Positions 1 to 7,776 of a stretch of 10,794 nucleotides of DNA are shown one piece after another. Made by a program: the position numbers and the translations under genes. Within the stretch, counting starts at the first letter, position 1, and every line of letters begins with the position of its first letter. The notes below the pieces were generated by a model. It saw only the letters and a list, made by a program, of their open reading frames with translations, did no database searches and was not told the DNA's origin. The stretch spans positions 1 to 10,794 of the forward strand of contig JBGAQA010000156.1 of the NCBI GenBank assembly GCA_044220955.1, in the 5' to 3' direction. Source of the DNA: Sandaracinaceae bacterium. GTDB taxonomy: Bacteria; Myxococcota_A; Polyangia; Polyangiales; Sandaracinaceae.

Positions 1-329
1 TTGTAGGCGAACAGGCCGCCTGCCTCGACGATGGCGGCGCTGATCGCGTCGAGCCCCTTGGTGAACTCGCTCAGGGGGATCTTCTCGCCGCGCGCGATGC
101 GGTCGAGCACGCCGAAGTCGGTGGTCGTGAGGAGGCCGATGTTCTGGCAGTTCTGCCCGTAGATTTTCTCGATGGAGCGCGCCACGACGAGGCGCGCGCC
201 GATCACCATCTCGGCGTAGGGCGCGACTTCGCGCGACGAGCCGCAGCCCTTGCTGCGACCGCTGACGATCACCGCGAAGCCGCCGTTCTTGAGGGCGTCG
301 CGCTCGACGACCCCGCCGCGCAGGCCGAG
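1..329 (-). CDS. Aconitase-family swivel domain (3-isopropylmalate dehydratase small subunit/LeuD-like), partial: runs off the left edge and lacks its normal N-terminus
   Basis: Manual minus-strand translation (not in the ORF track): LGLRGGVVERDALKNGGFAVIVSGRSKGCGSSREVAPYAEMVIGARLVVARSIEKIYGQNCQNIGLLTTTDFGVLDRIARGEKIPLSEFTKGLDAISAAIVEAGGLFAY. It contains the swivel-domain motifs GCGSSRE, 'SIEKIYxxNxxNIGL' (cf. LeuD SFARIFYRNAINxGL) and GGL. Upstream of 329 the frame becomes low-complexity antisense sequence. Confidence 0.8.
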
Positions 330-392
330 CTGCTCCGGGCGCTGGTCCGATCGAGCGACGCGCTCTCGCGGCCGGCGCTGCTCCTGCTCGGG

Positions 393-1346
393 ATGCTGCA
401 GCACGACGCGGCCGAGGACGTGTTTGGCGCCGCCCTCGACGGGTGCGCGACGGATTGCCCGCACGAGCTCGACGACTCGGTCGCGCGGGCGACGTGGGCG
501 CGCGTGACGGGGACCGACGCGCTCGCGGGCCACGCGCTCTACCAGCGCGCGCAGTCGCTCGGCGAGCAGCAGGATCTGGACGCCGCGGCGCCCCTGCTCG
601 AGAGCGTGCTCGCGCTCGACGGCTTGCCCGGCGAGCTCGTCGCCTCGGCGGCGAGGGACCTCGGGCTGATCTCGATGCTCGATCACGAGGGCGACGTCGC
701 CCGCACCTACGGCCGCTGTGCCGCGCTCGCGATCCCCGGCGTCTCGCCCCGCTGTGCGCTCCTGGCGGCCGATGCGTTCGTGCTGCAGCACCGCGAGGCC
801 GACGCGCTGGCCGCGCTCGCGCCCGTCCTCGCGTCCGAGGCGCCCGAGCGCGACGAGGCGAGGGACCTCGCCGCGAGCATCGTCGCGCGCGCAGGCCACG
901 GCGGCGCCTCGCGCCTGCCACGGACGCTCGCGCCCGCCGTGCGCGCGAACCTCCTCGACCGCGCAGCGATTCTGCTCCTGGACGACGGGCTCCTCGCGTT
1001 CGCCCTCGAGGCCTTGGCCGCCGCGCAGGCGATCGAGGCGAGCCCGTCGCGCGCGGGTGAGATCACGAGGGTGGAGCACGGGCGCAGCGCCGAGATCGAC
1101 ACGCCCGAGCGCTGGCTGCGCCGCGCGCTGGGCTTCTGCGTCGGCCCGGCGCCGACGTTCGAAGGGACGTTCACCCTCCGCGGCCGCTTCGGTCCCCACG
1201 GCGCCGTCGGCCTCCGCCTCGCCGTCGAGAGCGACCCGCAGGGCTCGCTCGGCGCGCTCCGGACGTGCATGCGCGATCGCGCCCCTCCGCCCGAGTCGCC
1301 CTTGCGAGGCAGCTTCACCGCGCACGTACACCTGCAGCTCGAGTAG
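393..1346 (+). CDS. Hypothetical alpha-helical/TPR-like protein with a C-terminal two-Cys domain resembling the myxobacterial AgmX/PglI C-terminal (TonB-C-like) domain; true 5' end probably missing
   Basis: 317-aa ORF with plausible Ala/Leu-rich helical composition. The C-terminus FC..FEGTFTLRGRFGPHGAV...LRTC matches the C-x-G-x-V/L-x-F-x-G...C pattern. Protein-like sequence continues in frame upstream of ATG393 to about 324 (AELLRALVRSSDALSRPALLLLG). Confidence 0.65.
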   Translation: MLQHDAAEDVFGAALDGCATDCPHELDDSVARATWARVTGTDALAGHALYQRAQSLGEQQDLDAAAPLLESVLALDGLPGELVASAARDLGLISMLDHEGDVARTYGRCAALAIPGVSPRCALLAADAFVLQHREADALAALAPVLASEAPERDEARDLAASIVARAGHGGASRLPRTLAPAVRANLLDRAAILLLDDGLLAFALEALAAAQAIEASPSRAGEITRVEHGRSAEIDTPERWLRRALGFCVGPAPTFEGTFTLRGRFGPHGAVGLRLAVESDPQGSLGALRTCMRDRAPPPESPLRGSFTAHVHLQLE

Positions 1347-1433
1347 GGACGTCTCCTGGCGGCGATCAGGTGCGCGCCGCCGCTGAGGTCTCCGTTCGAG
1401 CGGCTCGCGCCGGGCGCCCTTCGATCACGGCGT

Positions 1434-2099
1434 TCACGGATCGTCGCTCGCGCGCACGGGCTCGCCGCCGGGGAGCGCCTCGACGACCAGGCGGCGGGGC
1501 CGCGCCGAGTCGCGGTAGGTCTTGCCGCCTCGCGCGCTCGTGGCGCCATCCGTGTCGTCTTCCCAGCGTGCGTGGCCGTGGACTCCGATGTGCGCGCCGG
1601 CCTCGAGCACGCTCTCCGAGACCCTGACCGGGCGCCCGTCCGTCACCCGCGGGTCGGTCGCGCGGTGTGCGATCCACGCCCTCGTCTCCGGGCGGAGCTC
1701 GTCGAGCCCCGAGGCGTGCGCCTCCGTACGGGCCGCAGCGACGACGATTCCCGCGGCGCGCACCAGCGCGTGACCGGAGTCGTCGACGAGATCGAAGTCG
1801 CACGAGCGCGCCTCGCGAATCGCCGGCTCCCATCGGTGGGTGCCGTCGGGCTGCCGCACCTCGTGGTCGAGCTGGACGAGGTGATACGCGCAGCGACGGC
1901 CGCTGAGCGGCGCCTCGAGCCCCTCGCCACGGAGGCGGAGCGTCCCCACGAGGCGCACGACGGCGCCGTCGGGCGTGTCGACGATGCGGGCGGGCGGCTC
2001 GGGCCGGCTCGCTCGCAGGACGATCCGGTGGGGCGAGAAGTACCAGCCGAGCCCGACGAGACCGAACGCGGCGCCCATGAGGACGAGGGTCAACTCCAC
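1434..2099 (-). CDS. Membrane-anchored GIDE-domain-like protein (domain related to the MUL1/MAPL intermembrane region), no RING
   Basis: 221 aa, GTG start, N-terminal hydrophobic helix (LTLVLMGAAFGLVGLGWYF). Motifs VRLVGT, LEAPLSGRRCAYH, FDLVDDSGHALV and ESVLEAGAHIGVHG fit my recollection of bacterial GIDE-family proteins. Confidence 0.7.
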   Translation of the reverse strand: MELTLVLMGAAFGLVGLGWYFSPHRIVLRASRPEPPARIVDTPDGAVVRLVGTLRLRGEGLEAPLSGRRCAYHLVQLDHEVRQPDGTHRWEPAIREARSCDFDLVDDSGHALVRAAGIVVAAARTEAHASGLDELRPETRAWIAHRATDPRVTDGRPVRVSESVLEAGAHIGVHGHARWEDDTDGATSARGGKTYRDSARPRRLVVEALPGGEPVRASDDP

Positions 2100-2111
2100 G
2101 AGCCGAGGCTA
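2100..2111 (-). promoter_or_regulatory. Putative -10 element (TAGCCT) 6 nt before the GTG start; leaderless promoter
   Basis: Minus strand reads TAGCCT-cggctc-GTG (2111-2106, spacer 2105-2100, start 2099). No Shine-Dalgarno. Confidence 0.55.
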
Positions 2112-2181
2112 CCGGACGGGAGCGAGCTCGGCTCGCCGCCCCGCGCATCGCTGCGCGAGAGGAGCCGTCCGCGGTTCGGCC

Positions 2182-2309
2182 GAGAGCGAGAGCGACGGCG
2201 AGGGGGAGGGCGAGGGCGAGAGCGAGAGGGCGAGGTCGAGGTCGAGAGCGAGGTCGAGAGCGAGAGCGAGAGCGAGAGCGAGAGCGAGGTCGAGAGCGAG
2301 AGCGAGCCC
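2182..2309. repeat. Imperfect hexanucleotide tandem repeat (GAGAGC/GAGGTC/GAGGGC), about 21 units
   Basis: Directly visible: 7 units, a 2-nt slip (2224-2225), then 14 units. Intergenic, between the etfA terminator and the GIDE gene. Confidence 0.95.
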
Positions 2310-2311
2310 AG

Positions 2312-2347
2312 AAGACGAAACGGGCGCAGCCTCCCGGCCACGCCCGC
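2312..2347 (-). terminator. Intrinsic terminator of etfBA
   Basis: Minus strand GCGGGCGTGGCC-GGGA-GGCTGCGCCCGT followed by TTCGTCTT: 12-bp stem with G-U pairs and a GNRA loop, about 25 nt after the etfA stop. Confidence 0.75.
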
Positions 2348-2371
2348 CTCGAACGCGTCGTGCTCTCTCGC

Positions 2372-3343
2372 TCAGCCCGCGCTGCGGACCCGCGCCACCT
2401 CGGCCGTCATCTCCGGCACGGCCTTGAAGAGATCCGCGACCAGGAAGTAGTCGGCGACCTGCGCGATGGGCGCTTCCTTGTCGGTGTTGATCGCGACGAT
2501 GGTCTTGCTGCCCTTCATCCCGGCCAGGTGCTGGATCGCGCCCGAGATGCCGACTGCGACGTAGAGCTTCGGCGCCACGACCTTGCCCGTCTGACCGACC
2601 TGCAGATCGTTCGGCACGTAGCCCGCGTCGCACGCCGCGCGCGAGGCGCCCATCGCGGCGCCGAAGGCGTCGACGAGCGGCTCGAGCACCGCCTGGAAGT
2701 TCTCGCTGCTCTTGAGCGCGCGGCCGCCGCTCACGACGATCGCCGCCTCCGTCAGCTCGGGCCGCTCGCTCTTGACCGCCTCGAGGCTCACGAATTCGAT
2801 CCGATCGCTCGACGTCGCCTCGACGGTGACGCTCTCCGTCGGGCTCGCGCCGCCGCTCTCGCCCGCGGCCTCGAACTCCGTCTGGCGCACGCTCACGACC
2901 TGCACCTCGCTGCCGATCGTGCACCACCCGAACACGTTGCCGGCGTACATCGGCCGCTTGTACGTGAGCGTCCCGCCCTCGACCTTGACGGCTGCGATGT
3001 CGCTCGCGACGCCCGCGCCGAGCCGCGCCGCGACGCGCGGCATCAGATCCTTGCCGTAAGTGCTCGCGGTCGCGGCGACCACGCCGTACCCCTTGCCCAG
3101 CTCCGCCACCGTGGGCGCGAACGCCTCGGCGTAGTAGCCGCCGCCGATCTCGGCCACGAGGACCTTGCGCGCGCCGTAGCCCGTCGCCTGATCGGCGGCC
3201 GCCTGAGCGCCCTCCCCGATCGCGAGGATGTCGAACGCGCCGCCGCTTCCCTCCGCCACCTGCTTGGCGAACGTCACCGCGCTCAGCGTGTTCTTGCGGA
3301 GACCACCGTCGAGGAGCTCTGCCACCACGAGTACGTCAGTCAT
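2372..3343 (-). CDS. etfA: Electron transfer flavoprotein subunit alpha
   Basis: 323 aa. Motifs [57 protein letters not shown] and [18 protein letters not shown] upstream. Confidence 0.98.
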   Translation of the reverse strand: MTDVLVVAELLDGGLRKNTLSAVTFAKQVAEGSGGAFDILAIGEGAQAAADQATGYGARKVLVAEIGGGYYAEAFAPTVAELGKGYGVVAATASTYGKDLMPRVAARLGAGVASDIAAVKVEGGTLTYKRPMYAGNVFGWCTIGSEVQVVSVRQTEFEAAGESGGASPTESVTVEATSSDRIEFVSLEAVKSERPELTEAAIVVSGGRALKSSENFQAVLEPLVDAFGAAMGASRAACDAGYVPNDLQVGQTGKVVAPKLYVAVGISGAIQHLAGMKGSKTIVAINTDKEAPIAQVADYFLVADLFKAVPEMTAEVARVRSAG

Positions 3344-3355
3344 GTTCGTCGCTCC

Positions 3356-4180
3356 TCAGATGACCTTGGCTTCGGTCTTCAGCTTGTTCACGAGCTCGGC
3401 CACGTCGGCCACGTACCTCACCTGGCCCGAGCGCGCCGGAGGCAGCTCGAACTTCGCGTACTTCACCACCGCCGCGCCGCCGCCGACGTCCGCGAGCGAC
3501 TTCACGTCGATGGGCTTCTTCTTCGCCGCCATGATCCCCTTGAGCGACGCGTAGCGCGCGCCCTCGTTGTAGGTGTGCGAGTCCGGCGTCACGCCGTTGG
3601 CGACGGCCTTGGGCGAGACGATGCGCAGGTCCACCGTGACCACGGCCGGCAGCGTCACCTTCACGGTGAGCACGCCCGTGTCGACCTCGCGACCGACCTC
3701 GAGCGCGCCGCTCGCCGCCCGGATCGACATCGCGAACGTCGCCATCGGCCAGCCGAGCAGCTCGGCGAGCATCTGGCCGGCGCTGTTGGAGTCGCCGTCG
3801 ACCGCCTGCTTGCCCATGAGCACGAGATCCGGCTTCTCCGTCTCGACGAGGCTCTTGAGCGCGCGCGCCACGACGCCCGCGTCGATGTCGCCGTCGTCGC
3901 TCTTCACGAGGATGCCGCGGTCGGCGCCCATCGCGAGGGGCTGCCTCAGCGTGGTCTGCACCTCGTCGGGGCCGAGGCTGACGACGACGACCTCGCCCAG
4001 CTTCTCGCCGCTGGCGCCGTTCTCGTTGAGCCGCAGGGCGGTCTCCACGGCGTACTCGTCGAACGGATTGAGCTTCCACTCGAGGCCGTCGGACGTCACT
4101 CGCGCGCCGTCGGGGGAGACCTTCATCTTGTTCGCATTGTCGGGGTCGGTGACCCGCTTCACGGGGACGAGAATCTTCAC
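3356..4180 (-). CDS. etfB: Electron transfer flavoprotein subunit beta
   Basis: Start reassigned to GTG at 4180 (MKILVPVKRVTDP) because of the SD AGGAGG about 6 nt upstream; 274 aa. Motifs NPFDEYAVE, LAMGADRG, GKQAVDGDS and RYASLKGIMAAKKKP. Confidence 0.97.
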   Translation of the reverse strand: MKILVPVKRVTDPDNANKMKVSPDGARVTSDGLEWKLNPFDEYAVETALRLNENGASGEKLGEVVVVSLGPDEVQTTLRQPLAMGADRGILVKSDDGDIDAGVVARALKSLVETEKPDLVLMGKQAVDGDSNSAGQMLAELLGWPMATFAMSIRAASGALEVGREVDTGVLTVKVTLPAVVTVDLRIVSPKAVANGVTPDSHTYNEGARYASLKGIMAAKKKPIDVKSLADVGGGAAVVKYAKFELPPARSGQVRYVADVAELVNKLKTEAKVI

Positions 4181-4196
4181 GCGGTACCTCCTGCTC

Positions 4197-4226
4197 GAAC
4201 GAAGCGGGCGCGTTTTCGTCGCCCGC
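4197..4226 (-). terminator. Hairpin or weak terminator between the TetR gene and etfB
   Basis: Minus strand GCGGGCG-a-CG-AAAA-CG-CGCCCGC followed by TTCGTTC, immediately upstream of the etfB SD. Confidence 0.4.
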
Positions 4227-4236
4227 GGGAGAAGAG

Positions 4237-4980
4237 TCAATCGGTTTCGATGCGCGCCGGGACCGACGCGATGCCTCCGAGGAACATGTCGCCCACCTGC
4301 TTCGCTGCCTTGGCGAGGTGCCCCGGTTCGCCGCCACCGATGGCCCACGTGAGCGCGAGCGCGTCGAGCGCGCCCCAGAGCGAGCGCGCCACGATGCGCG
4401 GGGACACGTCCTGCCGGACCACGCCGTCCCGCTGTCCCTCGGTGATCAGGCGCGCCATGACGTCCAGGTACTTCGTGAAGAGCGGGGTCGCGAACTGCTT
4501 GAGGAGGCGGGTGCTCTGCCGCAGGTTCACCGTCACGACCTCGGCGAGCTCGCGCTGGCCGTCGAGCAGTCCGAGCTGCAGCTCCACGACGCGCCGGAAG
4601 CGCGGCTCGAAGCCGAGCCCTTCGGTCGCGATCTCCCGCTCGAGCACGGCGATGAGGCGCGTCAGGCGGTCGTCGAAGAGCGAGATGAGGACGTCGTCCT
4701 TGTTCTCGAAGTACAGGTAGATCGTCCCGTCCGCGACCCCCGCCGCCTTCGCGATCTCGCTCACCCGCGCGGCATAGAAGCCCTTGCGCGCGAACACCTT
4801 CACCGCCGCGCGCAGGATCCGCTCGCGCTTGTCGAGGGGCGCGCCCGACGTCGTCGAGCCGGGCTTCTTCCGGGCCGGACCGAGGCTCGACGTCGATCGC
4901 TCGGCGAGCGGGCGGGCGGCCTTCTTGCGCGGCCTCTCCTTCGCCCTCGCCGACGTAATGAACGGCGATTCACTCGACAC
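4237..4980 (-). CDS. TetR/AcrR family transcriptional regulator, Bacillus FadR(YsiA)-like, with a basic disordered N-terminal extension of about 50 aa
   Basis: HTH region [52 protein letters not shown] closely resembles B. subtilis FadR (…[27 protein letters not shown]). Directly upstream of etfBA. GTG4980 is the only in-frame start upstream of the HTH domain. Confidence 0.93.
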   Translation of the reverse strand: [247 protein letters not shown]

Positions 4981-5015
4981 GCGCGCGAGCTACCACGCAG
5001 GTTCGGAGTGGTCAA
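4981..5015 (-). promoter_or_regulatory. Putative sigma70-type leaderless promoter of the TetR gene
   Basis: TTGACC (5015-5010) - 17 nt ending in TGg - TAGCTC (4992-4987) - 6 nt - GTG start. No SD. Confidence 0.65.
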
Positions 5016-7204
5016 CGCGTGCGGCGGAAGGGTCCAGCGGTCGGCCGGACGAGGACCAGGTGCACGGGCGCGCTCAGAAGCGCGCGAGCGACGCCGTCGG
5101 CGGAGGCGGTGCTCGCCTCTGCCACCAGCGAGCGCGCGAGCGCCTCGGGCGCGGCGAGCGCCAGCGCGCGATCACGCTCGGCCCGAGCGTCGTCCTCGGG
5201 CAGCCCGGCCGGCACCAGCTCGCCGAGCGCGCTGCGCGCCAGCTCGCCGAGGTGGTCGAGCCGCTCGTCGGTACCCGTGACGGCGACGATCACGAAGCTC
5301 GAGCCCGTCGCCGCGGCGCGCCCGGAGAACGCGCGCACCGGCAGCTCGCGGGCCGCGAGCTGCTCGGCGAGCGCCCGAGCGACGAAGCGGGCGCCGACCT
5401 CGGAGGCGCCCGAGTCCGTGCGGAGCGCCACGATCCCGATCGGCACCTCGAGGTCGATCTCGGTCGCGAAGGCCTCCGCCGGCCCCTCGGCGACCGCGCG
5501 CGCCTCCGGCAGAGCGCCGCTGCCGGCGCGAAGCACGCTCCCGAGCGCGTGGGCGACGGCCAGCATCCGCTCGGGCGCCTCGTCGCCCACGACGACGAGC
5601 GTGGCGCCCCGCGGGTCCAGCGCGTCACGCATCGCGTCCTCGAGCTCCGTCGCGGCCGCGATTCCCGCCGGGCTCCCCCGGGGCGCGAGCAGCCCGGGCG
5701 CGCTCGGTGCGAGCACGCTCGAGGCCCAGCCGAGCACGCGCTGGCCGAGATCGAGGTCGGCGATGGCCCCCGCGCGCGCGCTCTCGGCGTGCTCGACCTC
5801 CGTCGTGGCGCGCCGCGCGCAGTCGATCACCCGCAGGGTGGTGCGCTCGATCGCATCACGGGCGCCGCGCACGACGACGCCGAACGTCGCGTCGTCGACC
5901 CAGTATCCGTCCGCGTCGGGCTCGCAGCTGCGCGCGAGGACCGCCGCGAGCAGCGCGGCCCGTCCATGCTCGCGTGGTGGATCGAGCGCCGCACCGGCGC
6001 GGAACGCGAGCGCCACCGCGACCGCGTCGCCTGCGCTCCGCGCGACGCGGATGGAGAGCCCGTTCTGCAGGGTGGCCTCGCCCCGGTCGGCGTCGAGCCG
6101 GCTGGGCGTCACCGGCGTCGGCCGTGCGAGCGCGTCCAGCGTCGGGTCCGTCGTGTCGTCCGCGTCACTCTCGCTCACACGCACGAGCGCGAGCGCGATC
6201 GGCCCCTCGGCCCCGGCCGGCGCCACGCGCGCGAGCCATGCGTCGCCGATCGCGAGGAGCTCCCCGTCCGCGTCCCTCGCGCTCGGCGCGGCGCGCTCGT
6301 CGTCGAGCATCCGAGCGTGCTCGAGCGCCGAGGCGAGCGCGCGGAGCGCGCCCTCGTCACCGGGCTGCGTCGCGCTCACGATCGCACGGCCGAGGAGGGG
6401 AAAGGACGACGCTCGGGCGTGCGGCGCGAGACGCTCGACCCAGTCCGCGACGCGCGCCGCCTCGTCGAGCGACGACACCCACGTCGCGGCGGCGGCCACC
6501 GGATGGGCGCCGCTCGCCACCCGCGCGGGGCCCGTTCTCCACGGCGGCGCCTCGTCTGGCTCCGGCACGACGTGCGGCGCGCTCGCGAAAGCGCTCGCGA
6601 TCGACGCCTCGAGAGCGCTCTGGTCCACGTCCCCGACGACACCGACGAGCGCGCGCTCGACGCCGAGCGCCGCCGCGAGCCACGCCGACACCGCGCCGGA
6701 CGTCACCGCCGACTCGTCACCCAGGAAGGGATCCAGCGGGGTGCCGGCGAGCGCCTCGAGGGCCAGCCGCGCAGCGAGCGCGTCGTCGCTCGCGCCGCGC
6801 GCGGCGCGCCTCAGTCGGGCGTGGGCGAGCGCCGTCCCGACCTCCTCCGCCGTGGCGTCGCGGACGCGCAGGGCCGCGGCCAGCGACCGGAGCGCGTCGT
6901 CGAGCGCGCTCACCTCGGTGCTCGATCGGATCGCGAGCCCGTCGGGCGTCGCGCGCACCCGCCACGCGCCGGCCCCGCGCGCTTCGATCACGAGCGCCGC
7001 CGTCGCGCGCAGCGCGGCGCTGCCGTCACGCGTGCGGACGAAGAGCCCGAGCGCCGCTTGCCCTCCCGTGCTGCGGTGCGTGGCGACGACGCGCACGTCG
7101 CCGACGCGCGTCGTCGCCGGCCCCGCGGGAGGTCGCACGACGGGCGTCGGCGGGCGCGCGCCGCACGCCACGAGGAAGATCCCGAACGCCAGCGCGCGCC
7201 TCAC
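5012..7204 (-). CDS. M16 (insulinase/pitrilysin)-like lipoprotein, probably catalytically inactive
   Basis: Start reassigned to GTG7204, which overlaps the plsY stop (GTGA). This gives MRRALAFGIFLVA-C (lipobox) and 730 aa. M16 half-domain signature ATLQNGLSIRV...VAVALAFRAGAALDPPREHGRAALLAAVL, plus ATLVVVGD and ALVGVVGDV. No HXXEH motif. Confidence 0.8.
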   Translation of the reverse strand: MRRALAFGIFLVACGARPPTPVVRPPAGPATTRVGDVRVVATHRSTGGQAALGLFVRTRDGSAALRATAALVIEARGAGAWRVRATPDGLAIRSSTEVSALDDALRSLAAALRVRDATAEEVGTALAHARLRRAARGASDDALAARLALEALAGTPLDPFLGDESAVTSGAVSAWLAAALGVERALVGVVGDVDQSALEASIASAFASAPHVVPEPDEAPPWRTGPARVASGAHPVAAAATWVSSLDEAARVADWVERLAPHARASSFPLLGRAIVSATQPGDEGALRALASALEHARMLDDERAAPSARDADGELLAIGDAWLARVAPAGAEGPIALALVRVSESDADDTTDPTLDALARPTPVTPSRLDADRGEATLQNGLSIRVARSAGDAVAVALAFRAGAALDPPREHGRAALLAAVLARSCEPDADGYWVDDATFGVVVRGARDAIERTTLRVIDCARRATTEVEHAESARAGAIADLDLGQRVLGWASSVLAPSAPGLLAPRGSPAGIAAATELEDAMRDALDPRGATLVVVGDEAPERMLAVAHALGSVLRAGSGALPEARAVAEGPAEAFATEIDLEVPIGIVALRTDSGASEVGARFVARALAEQLAARELPVRAFSGRAAATGSSFVIVAVTGTDERLDHLGELARSALGELVPAGLPEDDARAERDRALALAAPEALARSLVAEASTASADGVARALLSAPVHLVLVRPTAGPFRRTR

Positions 7205-7776
7205 GACTCGGGCTCCGTCCCGCGCGCGATCCGCACGAGGTTGTCGGCGTGTCGCGCGAAGACGAGCGCCACGATCACGCCCGCCATCCACGCGCGCGGC
7301 CCGAGGGTGGTGAGGACGGTCGTCCCTCCGCCCACGAGCGCGCCGAGCAGCGACCCGACGCTGGCCCGCTTCGCGGCTCGCTTCGCGACGAGGTACGTCG
7401 CCGCCGCGGCGAGCCCCGCGACCGGCACGAGCACGAGCAGTACGCCCGCCGCCGTGGCCGCGCCCTTGCCGCCGCGCAACGCGTGCCAGATCGGGAAGCA
7501 GTGACCCGCCACCGCAGCCGCGCCGGTGGCCGCGGTCCAAGGATCGTCTGGCCCGAGCAGACCCGTCGCGAGCCCCGCCGGAAGCGCCCCCTTGACGAGA
7601 TCGAGCACGAGCACGACCCGCCCGGTGCGCTTGCCGAGCACCCGGCCCACGTTCGTCGCCCCCGGGTTGCCCGAGCCCTCCGAGCGCAGGTCCACGCCCG
7701 CCCGCTTCGCGGCGATCAGCGCGAACGAGATCGACCCGAGCAGGTAGGCGGAGAGCGCGAGGCCGGGACCGAGCAC
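7201..7776 (-). CDS. plsY: Glycerol-3-phosphate 1-O-acyltransferase PlsY
   Basis: 191 aa, multi-pass hydrophobic. Motifs AYLLGSISF, DLRSEGSGNPGATNVGR, DLVKG, GHCFPIW..RGGKGAAT and RHADNLVRIARGTE. Confidence 0.97.
   Translation of the reverse strand: MLGPGLALSAYLLGSISFALIAAKRAGVDLRSEGSGNPGATNVGRVLGKRTGRVVLVLDLVKGALPAGLATGLLGPDDPWTAATGAAAVAGHCFPIWHALRGGKGAATAAGVLLVLVPVAGLAAAATYLVAKRAAKRASVGSLLGALVGGGTTVLTTLGPRAWMAGVIVALVFARHADNLVRIARGTEPES

Noticed and set aside
1358..1381. GGCGGCG-N10-CGCCGCC inverted repeat between the convergent genes
   Set aside because: Short all-GC stem with a large loop and no U-tract on either strand; plausible by chance.
2182..2309. Possible CRISPR array
   Set aside because: Contiguous 6-bp units with no unique spacers and no cas genes.
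2090..2341. Small ORFs through the hexamer repeat (SLSLSL, ESESES or RARARA peptides)
   Set aside because: These are translations of a simple repeat. The 2-nt slip changes frame mid-array and no convincing RBS is visible.
4212..4240. Possible internal etfB promoter TTGACT-N17-GAAAAC
   Set aside because: The -35 match includes the TetR stop codon and the -10 is poor. It cannot be supported without TSS data.
4181..4348. N-terminal extension of the etfB ORF as given in the track
   Set aside because: Overlaps the TetR gene. The conserved EtfB start (MKILV) with a strong SD is at 4180.
2360..4720. 786-aa plus-strand ORF, plus others antisense to etfA/etfB/TetR
   Set aside because: Shadow ORF on the opposite strand of well-conserved genes. 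Arg/His/Gly-rich with no recognisable domain, which is expected in very GC-rich DNA.
7205..7540. N-terminal 112 codons of the 842-aa ORF 5012..7540
   Set aside because: Overlaps plsY in another frame. GTG7204 gives a proper lipoprotein signal peptide and a GTGA coupling.
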